Origin: a virus
Lineage: Duplodnaviria; Caudoviricetes
Length of the DNA stretch: 64,000 bases
IMG/VR virus record: IMGVR_UViG_3300046615_000208
Coordinates: 64,001 to 128,000 of that record
Reading direction: 5' to 3' (one strand)
The position numbers were made by a program, and so were the translations under genes. The notes under the pieces are model-generated. The model worked only from the letters and a program-made list of their open reading frames with translations. It did not search any database and had not been told where the DNA came from. Positions 55,117 through 64,000 of this stretch are shown one piece after another (the stretch's first letter is position 1; every line of letters begins with the position of its first letter).

Positions 55117-55314
55117 TCAGTCTTCCAGTCCGTGGACAATGATGTATTCCCATTCTGCTAGGCTAATATCTGAATCTTTGAAAAGCTCTTCTTCCTCGAT
55201 GGAAGTCAGCCGGAATTCATCCCAGTCCTGCGAGCAAATGGCGCACAGGTCATACAGTCCATCCGAATATCCGGGATCAGCAGGTCCGCCACACTTACAG
55301 CACTCTAGGTCCAC
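55117..55314 (-). CDS. small zinc-finger protein
   Basis: CCKCG...LCAIC. Confidence 0.6.
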   Translation of the reverse strand: MDLECCKCGGPADPGYSDGLYDLCAICSQDWDEFRLTSIEEEELFKDSDISLAEWEYIIVHGLED

Positions 55315-55743
55315 TTAGAAATCCACTGGAAAAATCGCCGTAACCTTCAACTGCACGCCAAATCGCAGGCCATCCGGAGTCTCACCGTAGATTTCTACCG
55401 TGTCATCTTCTGTAATCTCCGACTCATCGAACTCAAAGTCCGAGAATCCTCCGAGGAAGTCCAGTTCTTTGAGGATTGTACGGGCATCAGGGAGCTTACG
55501 GTCCCGAAGCTGCTGCGGGGTCTTCACTAGGCGGACATTGTCCTTGCGTGCTGCAACCCAGCTATCCTGAGTGGTGTACCCGGAATAGACCTCGGAGTAA
55601 TACTCCGGATCGTCGTTGAACGGGGCGTAATCATCCACGATGAACTTCTGACCGCTATAAACCCGGTCTCCGCTGTCCTCCAAGGCCTCTGACTCGATGA
55701 CCTCAACCAGTGAGCCAATAGGGATGATGTTTTCTTTAGTCAT
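55315..55743 (-). CDS. acidic hypothetical protein
   Basis: ORF with RBS. Confidence 0.75.
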   Translation of the reverse strand: MTKENIIPIGSLVEVIESEALEDSGDRVYSGQKFIVDDYAPFNDDPEYYSEVYSGYTTQDSWVAARKDNVRLVKTPQQLRDRKLPDARTILKELDFLGGFSDFEFDESEITEDDTVEIYGETPDGLRFGVQLKVTAIFPVDF

Positions 55744-55801
55744 TTCTTTGCCCTTCCTGTTAGAATGAACCAAAAGGTCACCCATTTATCCTTTTTTCTT
55801 C

Positions 55802-56071
55802 TCAATTTTTCCCAACCAATGCCTCGATTGGGATGTCGATGCCGCTTTTTGTGGCTTCAATCATCAGGTCGCGAAGCTCTGTGTTCTGTTTTTGAAGCTT
55901 CGCGGCTCTGGCAGTCGCATATTCAAGCTCCGAAATGGCAGTAGCAAGGATCGAGTCGTCAGACTGCTTCAGCTTCTCCATCGTTTCGATCTGATCCACT
56001 AATGCTCGGATGAGGTCTCCATCACTGCTGAATTCAGCCCTGACACGTGCCTCATGTAGGTTTACTGCCAT
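55802..56071 (-). CDS. coiled-coil hypothetical protein
   Basis: AAAGG RBS. Confidence 0.7.
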   Translation of the reverse strand: MAVNLHEARVRAEFSSDGDLIRALVDQIETMEKLKQSDDSILATAISELEYATARAAKLQKQNTELRDLMIEATKSGIDIPIEALVGKN

Positions 56072-56139
56072 TTTGTAGCCTTTCTTTACTTATATTTCGT
56101 CTTTATCCCACGTTGGAATGCTCGCCTAGAACGATCCTA

Positions 56140-56421
56140 TCACTTTTCCTCCGGTTCGTCAACCCCCCGAGCCGAAAGTAGCTCAGAAGTCCACTTGATC
56201 TGGCTTTCAACGTATGCAACCTGACCTCTCAGATGCTCAATACCATGGTTCAGGCCGTGGATGTACCCCGACTGGTATGGGTCCTCTGTCTGGACATCCT
56301 TTAGAATGGCCTCGTGGTGCTCTTCAAGCTGGAGAATCCAGAGTCTAAGATGGTTGAGAACACTGGAACTCGCTGAATGCGACATTCGTAGGTATTCCTG
56401 TACCTTTTTGTCATCTGTCAT
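56140..56421 (-). CDS. hypothetical protein
   Basis: ATGA coupling. Confidence 0.7.
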   Translation of the reverse strand: MTDDKKVQEYLRMSHSASSSVLNHLRLWILQLEEHHEAILKDVQTEDPYQSGYIHGLNHGIEHLRGQVAYVESQIKWTSELLSARGVDEPEEK

Positions 56422-56972
56422 TTCTTGTGTTCCATTCCTGCTCGGTACCCTCTGCTAAAGGCAGCGGAGTACTCGTCTATGTTTTCATCGAGACCGGCAT
56501 TGTTCAGGTACGAACTTTCGGCTAACCCCCGGATGTGTTTAGTCAAAGCAGCTTCCGCAGCAGCAAGCTCCCGGTCCACCTTCTCGATGTTAGCAGCAAG
56601 CTCGCCCTTCTTCCATGGAAGCTCGACATCGCCTCTCTTAATAGTATACAGCAGCGACCAAGCACCGTCAACCAACTCGTAGATTTCCATCTCACAGCCG
56701 GTGTGCTTGAAGTCGTAGTCCCGCTCATCAAATCCGGTAACGTACTTTCCCCATCCCATCCCGCCGTGTCCCTCGTGGTACAGGTCTTCGCCCTTATACC
56801 CGATGAAGTAGTTGTTCACGGCGCTCTTGGCATGGTTCACCTGTTTGTGGATTTTGTCCATAGGGTGCCGAGATGGTATCCTGCTTAGAAACTGCTTGGT
56901 TGCAGCAATCGGCAGAGGCTTGGGATAGAGATCGCTCTCACTCATTGTCATTGTCTTCCTTCCAGAGGTCAT
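56418..56972 (-). CDS. hypothetical protein
   Basis: 184-aa ORF; start uncertain. Confidence 0.7.
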   Translation of the reverse strand: MTSGRKTMTMSESDLYPKPLPIAATKQFLSRIPSRHPMDKIHKQVNHAKSAVNNYFIGYKGEDLYHEGHGGMGWGKYVTGFDERDYDFKHTGCEMEIYELVDGAWSLLYTIKRGDVELPWKKGELAANIEKVDRELAAAEAALTKHIRGLAESSYLNNAGLDENIDEYSAAFSRGYRAGMEHKK

Positions 56973-57249
56973 CCAGACGCGCAGAAACCAAAAGAGCTTT
57001 GGCCGCGTCGTAGTCCATCATTGTCTTTTCCATTACAGACTCTACCATAGAATCGGTGATTTCCGCAATCGCCTCTGCTTCCATCTGCTTCTGCATATCG
57101 AGGATAACATCGAAGTTGGTGGACTCGATGACTCGGGCCATTGCGTCGATCTGCACAGCCAACAGACCCATACCCTTGCCTACCCGCCGAAGGGCCTTGT
57201 GGTGTTTACGGGATTCAGCACTGATTGTGCTATGATTGGTGTTATTCAT
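56938..57249 (-). CDS. hypothetical protein
   Basis: leaderless after TTGACA promoter on the - strand. Confidence 0.65.
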   Translation of the reverse strand: MNNTNHSTISAESRKHHKALRRVGKGMGLLAVQIDAMARVIESTNFDVILDMQKQMEAEAIAEITDSMVESVMEKTMMDYDAAKALLVSARLDDLWKEDNDNE

Positions 57250-57338
57250 CCGTCCATCGTACCTACGCAGGCCCTGTTTGTCAACAGGAGGTGTGCATGC
57301 GTTTGCAATCGGCGGCAGAATCTGGTAGGATAGAGGGC

Positions 57339-57737
57339 ATGTGGAAAAAGAAGACAACACGTAAGTGGGACGAGACAATCGTACCCGACAATTTCTCTGT
57401 GGTACGTGTCGAAGAGTACGCCGATGATGGGCGGTCCTATGGTTCGCACATAGAGCCACCTCTGTCCTCCTTTGAGGGTGCGAATGATCTTGACCGGCTC
57501 CGCTGGAATGCAGCGGTAGTGAGTCATGATTCTGGTATCAAAGTCAAAGTAGGCCCTGCAAAAGAGTGGGTCAACGGTAAATCGGTTACAGGTGTCTATG
57601 ACATCTATACCAAGAATAGTACACTGGGCGCAGGAGATTTTAATTCCTCGTGGAGTGTGCTTATAGGCATCTCGTTAGGCGCTGACGCTGCTAGAGAAGA
57701 ACTTCAAGGACAGGAATCAAATGGCTATCAGCCCTAA
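57339..57737 (+). CDS. hypothetical protein
   Basis: first gene of divergent + operon. Confidence 0.7.
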   Translation: MWKKKTTRKWDETIVPDNFSVVRVEEYADDGRSYGSHIEPPLSSFEGANDLDRLRWNAAVVSHDSGIKVKVGPAKEWVNGKSVTGVYDIYTKNSTLGAGDFNSSWSVLIGISLGADAAREELQGQESNGYQP

Positions 57738-57906
57738 GCAATTCGTAGCAACAACCGAGTTTCACCAGAAGAACCTCAATGCTCTACTGGAACAGTACAT
57801 CGACCTGCCAGAAGCCCCCGGTATTCTTGCAGCAATGCTCTACCTCCAGCGCTCTATTCAGGCCGCAAAGACGGCAGACTCCGAAATAGAAAAGGACAAA
57901 AAGTGA
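57721..57906 (+). CDS. hypothetical protein
   Basis: AGGA RBS. Confidence 0.65.
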   Translation: MAISPKQFVATTEFHQKNLNALLEQYIDLPEAPGILAAMLYLQRSIQAAKTADSEIEKDKK

Positions 57907-58223
57907 AGAACCTCATTACAAACGCGCAGGCCGGATTCGACTCCCTCTCCGATGTGGACAAAGAGGCCCTACAGGTGGCCGCACGTCTTCTCGGGCAGTC
58001 CCTCCTGTTCTCCCTCACGAAGGTCACCATCGTGCACGTCATGGGCCGTAAAATCGCGCCTAACGTCTTCAAAAACTGGGGACGTACATTCGCCGTGGTT
58101 TCTCTCATTGAGGCCGCTACGGGCCGCTACAAGGTCTCTGAAGAGGACAAGAAGACCGTCGCCAACATCAAGGAACGTCAGGCAGAGCAGAAGCTTGCCG
58201 AAATCCGGAAGTTCGGCGCATGA
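57903..58223 (+). CDS. hypothetical protein
   Basis: GTGA overlap. Confidence 0.7.
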   Translation: MKNLITNAQAGFDSLSDVDKEALQVAARLLGQSLLFSLTKVTIVHVMGRKIAPNVFKNWGRTFAVVSLIEAATGRYKVSEEDKKTVANIKERQAEQKLAEIRKFGA

Positions 58224-58435
58224 GTGCCCTTCCGGTCCTGAAATCCTCTGCCGACTGGCAAGAGATGGTGCAGGACAGGTACATCGTACGAGACCCGGAT
58301 GGCTGGGACCGGGCAAACTTTAGTATGTCGTGGGCAGAACTAATCACCTTCGAAGAGTTCGAGGAACGCGCCCACATGTCTACTATCCAGTTTACCCCCG
58401 AGTACATGCAAAAGCTACTCGAAGCACAAAAATAA
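58220..58435 (+). CDS. hypothetical protein
   Basis: DPDGWDR motif; ATGA overlap. Confidence 0.7.
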   Translation: MSALPVLKSSADWQEMVQDRYIVRDPDGWDRANFSMSWAELITFEEFEERAHMSTIQFTPEYMQKLLEAQK

Positions 58436-58503
58436 CCCTTTACCTAGACTATTCACATATTCGCGTGATAGAATAGAAAAACCCTATCAAAGGATGCAAC
58501 AAA

Positions 58504-58764
58504 ATGGCTACACCTACAGAAATCGCTAACCTTATCGCACAGGCATGGGAGCTTGACCCGGAGGAAAACTTCTTCGAGTTCCTGTACGACGTGCTCCAAA
58601 CAAACCAGACCCTGTTCGCACTGGGTGAAGTGACCAATGACCAGCTTCAGCAGACGCTGAACGCGTACATCGCGGCTGGGGGGAACACAGATGACGGGGA
58701 TACAAGCAGCGACTCTACAGGAGATTCGGGAAATCCGGAAGGGGATTCTACTAGCACACCATGA
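58504..58764 (+). CDS. acidic protein with Gly/Ser/Asp tail
   Basis: AAAGGA RBS. Confidence 0.65.
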   Translation: MATPTEIANLIAQAWELDPEENFFEFLYDVLQTNQTLFALGEVTNDQLQQTLNAYIAAGGNTDDGDTSSDSTGDSGNPEGDSTSTP

Positions 58765-58957
58765 CCACATGGTAGAATCCTTCAAGGCGAAGCACGAGAA
58801 CGAACCCTACGAGTTTATCCACGGCTGGCTCGAAATACAGGAGCATGCGGAAAAACTTATCACAGGTGGAGAAGTTCTCTCGGGCTTGACAATGAAGGCG
58901 TACTGGCGTACAAAGGATGCACTGAAGGGCTAAGACTAGCCCACCTACTACCAAGAA

Positions 58958-59215
58958 ATGACAAAGTTGCCTAAGAAGCAAAAGAAGTACATTGATATCC
59001 GTCTCCATCTCTCTTCAGAGATTGAAGACTTCGGCCCCGACGACACCTACGAACACTTCGAGATTGATGGCGTAGAGCGTATCAAGATCAAGGGTATCGA
59101 AGAGGACCAGCTTGACAACCTTGCAGAGACAGTGGCGCAGAGTGACCACTACCAGATTTATCTGTTTGGTGCCGTAACCACGGCCCTCGATACGGAGGGC
59201 GTCCATGAGCTTTGA
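58958..59215 (+). CDS. hypothetical protein
   Basis: coupled to macrodomain gene. Confidence 0.7.
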   Translation: MTKLPKKQKKYIDIRLHLSSEIEDFGPDDTYEHFEIDGVERIKIKGIEEDQLDNLAETVAQSDHYQIYLFGAVTTALDTEGVHEL

Positions 59216-59657
59216 GATCGTGAAGGGTGATCTTTTCCACCCTGTCTTCGAGTTTGACGGCATCTGTCAGGGAGTGAATACTCTGGGTGTAATGGGTGCA
59301 GGGATCGCTGTACCGTTCCGTGAGACGTGGCCTTCGATGTATAATGAGTACAGGCGTAACTGTAAGAGGTTCGGTGCGTCCCTAGCAGGGTCACTCCATA
59401 CGTGGTACGACCGGGAATCTGACCTCGTCATTTTCAACCTGTTCTCGCAGATCGAACCGGGCCGAAATGGTGACTACATTCTGCTCCGCAGGGCTGCTGT
59501 ACAGCTTGTCCTCGAAGCCGAATCGCGAAACCACGCACGTGTCGGACTGCCGTGGATTGGTTGCGGTATTGCTGGTCTTGCCAAGCACAATGTGGAAGAG
59601 ATTCTACATGAAGTGTTTGACGACTCTCCGGTGCATTTTGTACTAGTGGAGCAGTAG
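59205..59657 (+). CDS. macrodomain ADP-ribose processing protein (Poa1p/DarG-like)
   Basis: IVKGDLF, QGVN..GVMGAGIA..F, IFNLFSQ, LPWIGCGIAGL. Confidence 0.88.
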   Translation: MSFEIVKGDLFHPVFEFDGICQGVNTLGVMGAGIAVPFRETWPSMYNEYRRNCKRFGASLAGSLHTWYDRESDLVIFNLFSQIEPGRNGDYILLRRAAVQLVLEAESRNHARVGLPWIGCGIAGLAKHNVEEILHEVFDDSPVHFVLVEQ

Positions 59658-59829
59658 TCTGACATTTCTCAAGATTCTGTCGAGTAATCACATTACTTAT
59701 TAACTTCATGTTAACCTCAGAAGCCGGTACCTAAGCAGGTACCGGCCTCTGTGCTGCCCAATTACTTTTTAACACTACATATTCTCATAAATGCTATACT
59801 GGGTTGACCATCTATCAGAGGAAACCAGC

Positions 59830-60303
59830 ATGAGAAACAACCTAAAGCGTGTTCTGGGGGATACTCGGAAGGTGATATCTACGCGTTGGTCTGCTTCAAA
59901 CCTACATGTTCCGTCATGGGCAATCAACGCGGTTATCTATATAACTCTCATTCGATCCTTCTCGTACGGTGTTGAACTGTTTATCTTGGGTAACTCCGCC
60001 GCTGTATCCCCTCTGGCTGTCTACACAGCTATATTGGGAATCCATATTTGGGGGGCATTGATTCTTGTCGGTGTACTTGTACTGTCTACCGGTCTCCTGC
60101 TACGTAATTCCATAGTTGTCACTGTGGGTGTACTGCTGTGTGTCGCTGTGTGGGCTTCCCTCGGGATAACCCTCACTTTCGGGGCACTAGTAGTCGGCAC
60201 CGGACTCCGGTTTGCGATTGCTGCACTGGCAACTGCTGCGACATGGGCAGTATTCTTTGGCCTACAGCTAAAGACGATTCGCAGAAATGGGGTTGAATCG
60301 TAA
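59830..60303 (+). CDS. multi-pass membrane protein (about 4 TM)
   Basis: hydrophobic helices. Confidence 0.75.
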   Translation: MRNNLKRVLGDTRKVISTRWSASNLHVPSWAINAVIYITLIRSFSYGVELFILGNSAAVSPLAVYTAILGIHIWGALILVGVLVLSTGLLLRNSIVVTVGVLLCVAVWASLGITLTFGALVVGTGLRFAIAALATAATWAVFFGLQLKTIRRNGVES

Positions 60304-61010
60304 TGAAGTTTTACAGGTACCTTTCGTGGGTTATTATCGGCTTCACAGTCGTTGTCGCCCTGTTAGGTACAGTATCTGCGGCTGAGGCGTCGGTAACCCC
60401 GACAACGTCCGTTTCACAGGTACTCGTACCCACCCCGGCCCCTACGCCTAATACGGCAAAAGACCCGTCCACTGTGGCACAGCCTAGCTCACCGGGAGTA
60501 CTGGAGCAATTCGGTCCTCCGGGCGTTATCATTACTACTGTGTTGACAGGTGTCCTCATGATTATTAAGTCAATCAATGAAGGTAAGAAGATTGACGTAA
60601 CTACATATAAGGAACGAGCGGCTGATGCAGAAGCCCGTTCCAATGAGGAAATCGGTAAGGTCCACAAGAAGCTCGGGGAGCTTGAAAAGAAGCTTGACGA
60701 AGTTATTGCAGACCGAGATGAATACAGGGACACACTAGAAGAGCGCAAGGCACACTTCACACGGCAAATTCTGGATATGGAACGTCGTCACCAGAGGGAA
60801 CTCGAAGATATGCACTCTGCTCTAATGGTAGAAGTTCACACCCGTCACAGGCTCGAAAGAATCTTGGCGGAGAATGGAATAGCGGTACCACAAACACCGC
60901 CTCCATATACCCAATCCATGAAGGCAGAGGTCACAGTCCAAGACCGTGTAGAGGCTACAGCCTCCACAGCCTCCATGAGGGTACTACGAGAATCCGAAGA
61001 ATCAGAATAA
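60303..61010 (+). CDS. membrane protein with cytoplasmic coiled coil
   Basis: signal/TM, second TM, long coiled coil; lysis-cassette-like. Confidence 0.7.
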   Translation: MKFYRYLSWVIIGFTVVVALLGTVSAAEASVTPTTSVSQVLVPTPAPTPNTAKDPSTVAQPSSPGVLEQFGPPGVIITTVLTGVLMIIKSINEGKKIDVTTYKERAADAEARSNEEIGKVHKKLGELEKKLDEVIADRDEYRDTLEERKAHFTRQILDMERRHQRELEDMHSALMVEVHTRHRLERILAENGIAVPQTPPPYTQSMKAEVTVQDRVEATASTASMRVLRESEESE

Positions 61011-61029
61011 CATCCCCTAAGGAGTAAAC

Positions 61030-61464
61030 ATGGATGCAGCACTACTTATTTTCCTAGGCCTTTTGGCCCCGTTCCTCACAGCGGCACTTAACCGTGTAGG
61101 CTGGACAGCTAAGACCAAGCACCTCGTTGCGTTTGGTGTGTCCATTGTTCTTGCAGTGTTCTGGTTGGTAGTTACAGGCGGCTTTGCCGTCTTCGACGTA
61201 CCAGCTATTATTGCTGCAATGCCTGCAATTTACACCATCTCGCAGGCCGTATACGCATTCTTTGTCAAGAATATCGCTTCAAAACTGGAAGCAGCCACCG
61301 ACAAGAATGCTGTTGTCATTTCACCGGCTGAGGAACCTGACAAAGTGATCGTGACATCCAACGACACCATTGAGGTCTCCAACGAAACTGGCGCACCCGC
61401 CAACGTTGAGACTTCTGCCCCTGTCAGGGTAGACACCGTTGAAGAGAACGAACCACGAGGCTAA
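61030..61464 (+). CDS. putative holin
   Basis: 2-3 TM with LAPFLTAALNRVGW..KTKHLVAFGVS, like actinophage holins. Confidence 0.55.
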   Translation: MDAALLIFLGLLAPFLTAALNRVGWTAKTKHLVAFGVSIVLAVFWLVVTGGFAVFDVPAIIAAMPAIYTISQAVYAFFVKNIASKLEAATDKNAVVISPAEEPDKVIVTSNDTIEVSNETGAPANVETSAPVRVDTVEENEPRG

Positions 61465-61543
61465 CACTAAGTGAACACAGGGGGCATCCTACGGGGTGCC
61501 CTTTGTGTTTGACTGGACCTGTAAAATCGGGTATACTTATAGC

Positions 61544-61837
61544 ATGATGCACATTCGAACTGAAGAGGGGGTATACAGGATTGACCGATACCCTCACGAC
61601 ACAACAAAAATCATCGTTGTCTCGCGTAGCCGTGAGGCTCTGCTCTCTATGGTCGATAGCATCGAACTAGCGGGTACGGCTGAAGACGAAGACTTTGACG
61701 ACCTCTACATCTATTCACTCATGGATGATCAACTGCGTTTGTGGTACGAACTGGTCCTCGACCGTAGCACCTTGAAACTGTGGTTCAACTTTGAACTCGA
61801 ACACTATCAACATCTTGACGGGATTTTCAATGTTTAA
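61544..61837 (+). CDS. hypothetical protein
   Basis: leaderless after TTGACT-17-TATACT. Confidence 0.65.
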   Translation: MMHIRTEEGVYRIDRYPHDTTKIIVVSRSREALLSMVDSIELAGTAEDEDFDDLYIYSLMDDQLRLWYELVLDRSTLKLWFNFELEHYQHLDGIFNV

Positions 61838-62051
61838 AAAAGCTCTTGACTACCTTAGCGGCCTGTCATGGTTCCTGATTCTGGCCTTTGCACTCATGGC
61901 AGTATCCGTAGGCTACATGCTCTTCGGTTTACTTGGTTTTGCATTCTACTGGTTGCTGCTGGCCCTGTTCATGCTCGGTGCCTCGTTCCGCGAGCCGCCT
62001 AGAGTCATTACCAAAACCGCACAGGGCGTGAAGGTTACCACTAAGAAGTGA
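61830..62051 (+). CDS. small membrane protein (2 TM)
   Basis: hydrophobic helices. Confidence 0.7.
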   Translation: MFKKALDYLSGLSWFLILAFALMAVSVGYMLFGLLGFAFYWLLLALFMLGASFREPPRVITKTAQGVKVTTKK

Positions 62052-62413
62052 GAATACTGATTACTGGCTCCCGGACTTGGACAGATGTGTCCTGTATCAT
62101 CGAAGCAATCACCGATGTAGTCCGGGAGTCCGGTGTCTCCAAGGAAGACACCGTGATCGTACACGGAGCCTGCCCTCGCGGGGCAGACGCAATCGCGGAT
62201 GCACTGGCCGTCCAGTGGGGAGTTGCAGTAGAAAGACACGCCGCTAACTGGCGAGAACACGGGCGCAGAGCAGGTTTTGTCCGCAACGCCGAGATGGCCG
62301 AGCTTGGCGCTGACGTTTGCCTCGCTTTCAACCACAACAACTCAAACGGCACAAAGATGATGGCAGACCTGACTCAGAAAGCAGGCATCCCTACTAAAAT
62401 TTACAGGAGATAG
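62048..62413 (+). CDS. SLOG-family (YspA/DUF2493-like) protein
   Basis: RILITGSR.W, IVHGAC.RGAD, ANW...G..AG..RN..M, LAF...S.GT. Confidence 0.85.
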   Translation: MRILITGSRTWTDVSCIIEAITDVVRESGVSKEDTVIVHGACPRGADAIADALAVQWGVAVERHAANWREHGRRAGFVRNAEMAELGADVCLAFNHNNSNGTKMMADLTQKAGIPTKIYRR

Positions 62414-62414
62414 A

Positions 62415-62870
62415 ATGGACCCACTAATAGCTCTCACGATACTGGGAAGTGTCGTGGTGGCAATAATGCAGCACTATGCTTCGTGGAGTCGCGCGAAGAC
62501 GGAGCAGATCGAACAGGCACAGGTACAAGAAGAACCCATCGAGGATATCCTAGACCGGTATCGCAGGTCTCGCAGGCAGCGTAGGGTTGACCAGAAAACC
62601 GCATGGGACGAATGGTACTTTCTTTCCCTGCCTATAGAGGAACACCCTGAGTATTTCGAGTTGAACCTAGCAACAGACAATGTCGATTCCTTCACCCAGA
62701 AGAGTGCCGATGGTATGATCTGCGCACAGTTTGAATTCAGGTCGAACAGCCGAGGACAGGCATATAATCTGGAGATCGACCACGTAACCCAGATGGCAAA
62801 GGTAAGCACAGGAAAAATCTCTTGGGAAGTTCCGCTCCATCGAGTTGACAACTGGAGACAACTCACGTAG
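62415..62870 (+). CDS. N-terminally anchored hypothetical protein
   Basis: N-terminal TM. Confidence 0.7.
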   Translation: MDPLIALTILGSVVVAIMQHYASWSRAKTEQIEQAQVQEEPIEDILDRYRRSRRQRRVDQKTAWDEWYFLSLPIEEHPEYFELNLATDNVDSFTQKSADGMICAQFEFRSNSRGQAYNLEIDHVTQMAKVSTGKISWEVPLHRVDNWRQLT

Positions 62871-62879
62871 ACTATAGTC

Positions 62880-63788
62880 ATGATCACATACAAGGCAAAG
62901 ACAAGTAACGGAGAGATCATCAAGTCCGCTCTCTCCCCTTTCACCTTCCCAGCAGGGGAAGCGCACACAAAGCGCGAAGAGCGCCGCGAACTGGAACCCA
63001 CCGAGATCGCAATCCTCCAGTTCTCTCCCGAATCGATCCACGATGACCTGTTCCAGCTTGCCATGTGGAGCAATACGGTCTTCAGTGAATCCGGTAAGAT
63101 CAAGCGTGTTGCAATCATCCCTTACTTCCCCGGTGCACGTGCCGACCGTGGTACTCCTTTCGGCGCTGAAGTCTACGTGGAGTTCGTCTACTCCCTGATG
63201 CTCGATCAGGTCATCACCTACGACCCACACTCTGAGGTCTACGTTAAGCTTCTCCAGAATGATCCGGCCCTGACGGTCACTCCCGTCTACCCGCACGAGA
63301 CTCTGGGGACCATGACTGCACAGATCACTATGCCCAACGTCTATGACGGTGTCATTGCACCCGACAAGGGTGCAAAGGTGCGTGCAGGCGCTGTGGCTCG
63401 TGAACTAAATCTGCCTCTGTACACTGCCACCAAGACTCGTGACTTCGAGACAGGCAAGCTCAACGGTTTCGGTATGGAGCAGACTCTTCCCAATGATGGT
63501 CTTTACCTTATCGTGGACGACATCTGCGACGGTGGTGGTACCTTCGTCGGACTGGCTAACCACCTTCAGGAGACCACAGAGAACATCCGACTTGACTTGT
63601 ACGTCTCTCACGGTGTATTCTCTAAGAGTGCCCTAGAGAACCTCGAAAAGGCATTCTCCAAAATCTTCACCACAGACTCCTATGACCCGCATCGGAGCCT
63701 GACCACCCGAGTTTCCGAATTCCAAGATGACTCTACGTGTTTCCACCGTATTGACATCATTCGGCCCCTACTTCAGAAAGTGAACTAA
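62880..63788 (+). CDS. prs: ribose-phosphate pyrophosphokinase-like (Adps-type)
   Basis: FTFPAGE, PYFPGARADR, DPHS, IAPDKGA, IVDDICDGGGTF, LYVSHGVFS. Confidence 0.9.
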   Translation: MITYKAKTSNGEIIKSALSPFTFPAGEAHTKREERRELEPTEIAILQFSPESIHDDLFQLAMWSNTVFSESGKIKRVAIIPYFPGARADRGTPFGAEVYVEFVYSLMLDQVITYDPHSEVYVKLLQNDPALTVTPVYPHETLGTMTAQITMPNVYDGVIAPDKGAKVRAGAVARELNLPLYTATKTRDFETGKLNGFGMEQTLPNDGLYLIVDDICDGGGTFVGLANHLQETTENIRLDLYVSHGVFSKSALENLEKAFSKIFTTDSYDPHRSLTTRVSEFQDDSTCFHRIDIIRPLLQKVN

Positions 63789-63791
63789 GAC

Positions 63792-64000
63792 ATGTTTCTC
63801 CTTAACCCGCTTCTCGCAACCGACTCCTACAAGCTCTCCCACATCTTCATGTACCCGGATGGTCTGGAACATGTAGAGTCCAACTACACCAACCGCAAGT
63901 CCCGCGTCGAGGGAATCAACCATGTCGTCCAGTTCGGGCTTCAGGCGTGGCTGAAGGACCTGACCGAGTCCTACGAGCGCTTTTTCGCTGCGGACAAGGA
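63792..64000 (+). CDS. nadV: nicotinamide phosphoribosyltransferase-like (Namat-type), truncated by window end
   Basis: NPLLATDSYKLSH..MYP....V.SNYTNR....V.FGLQ, the NAMPT N-terminus. Confidence 0.88.
   Translation, partial: MFLLNPLLATDSYKLSHIFMYPDGLEHVESNYTNRKSRVEGINHVVQFGLQAWLKDLTESYERFFAADK

Noticed and set aside
1-64000. tRNA genes
   Set aside because: No convincing cloverleaf with a T-loop GTTCRA and acceptor stem was found by eye; tRNAscan-SE would be needed to exclude them

Overview
This 64-kb window looks like part of a large lytic actinobacteriophage genome: high GC, about 190 tightly packed small ORFs, SigA-type promoters and many leaderless starts. No capsid, tail, DNA polymerase, tRNA or CRISPR array was recognised. 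Recognisable genes are a stand-alone LigA domain-Ia-like protein, an HNH endonuclease, a possible small terminase, Thg1, a DGQHR/DndB (ParB-like) protein, a macrodomain, a SLOG protein, holin-like membrane proteins and an adjacent PRS-like + NAMPT-like pair (NARP1-type NAD+ reconstitution). The dominant unexplained structure is a 14-bp asymmetric motif, GTTACAAAAAACGC, with about 60 copies by eye. Nearly all lie in 16.7-43.5 kb, co-oriented with transcription in two converging arms. Copies usually overlap the upstream stop codon and sit 12-15 bp before a -35 hexamer, occasionally about one helical turn nearer (2-4 bp) or farther (24 bp). That -35 is often held in the loop of a sequence-variable hairpin. 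The result is an array of self-contained 'motif-hairpin-promoter-gene' cassettes. Several cassettes appear to drive a repeated family of short non-coding RNAs rather than proteins. Three stacked promoters and an abrupt composition change at about 43.3-43.6 kb suggest a genome end or terminal-repeat boundary. All counts and family assignments were made by eye, without database searches.
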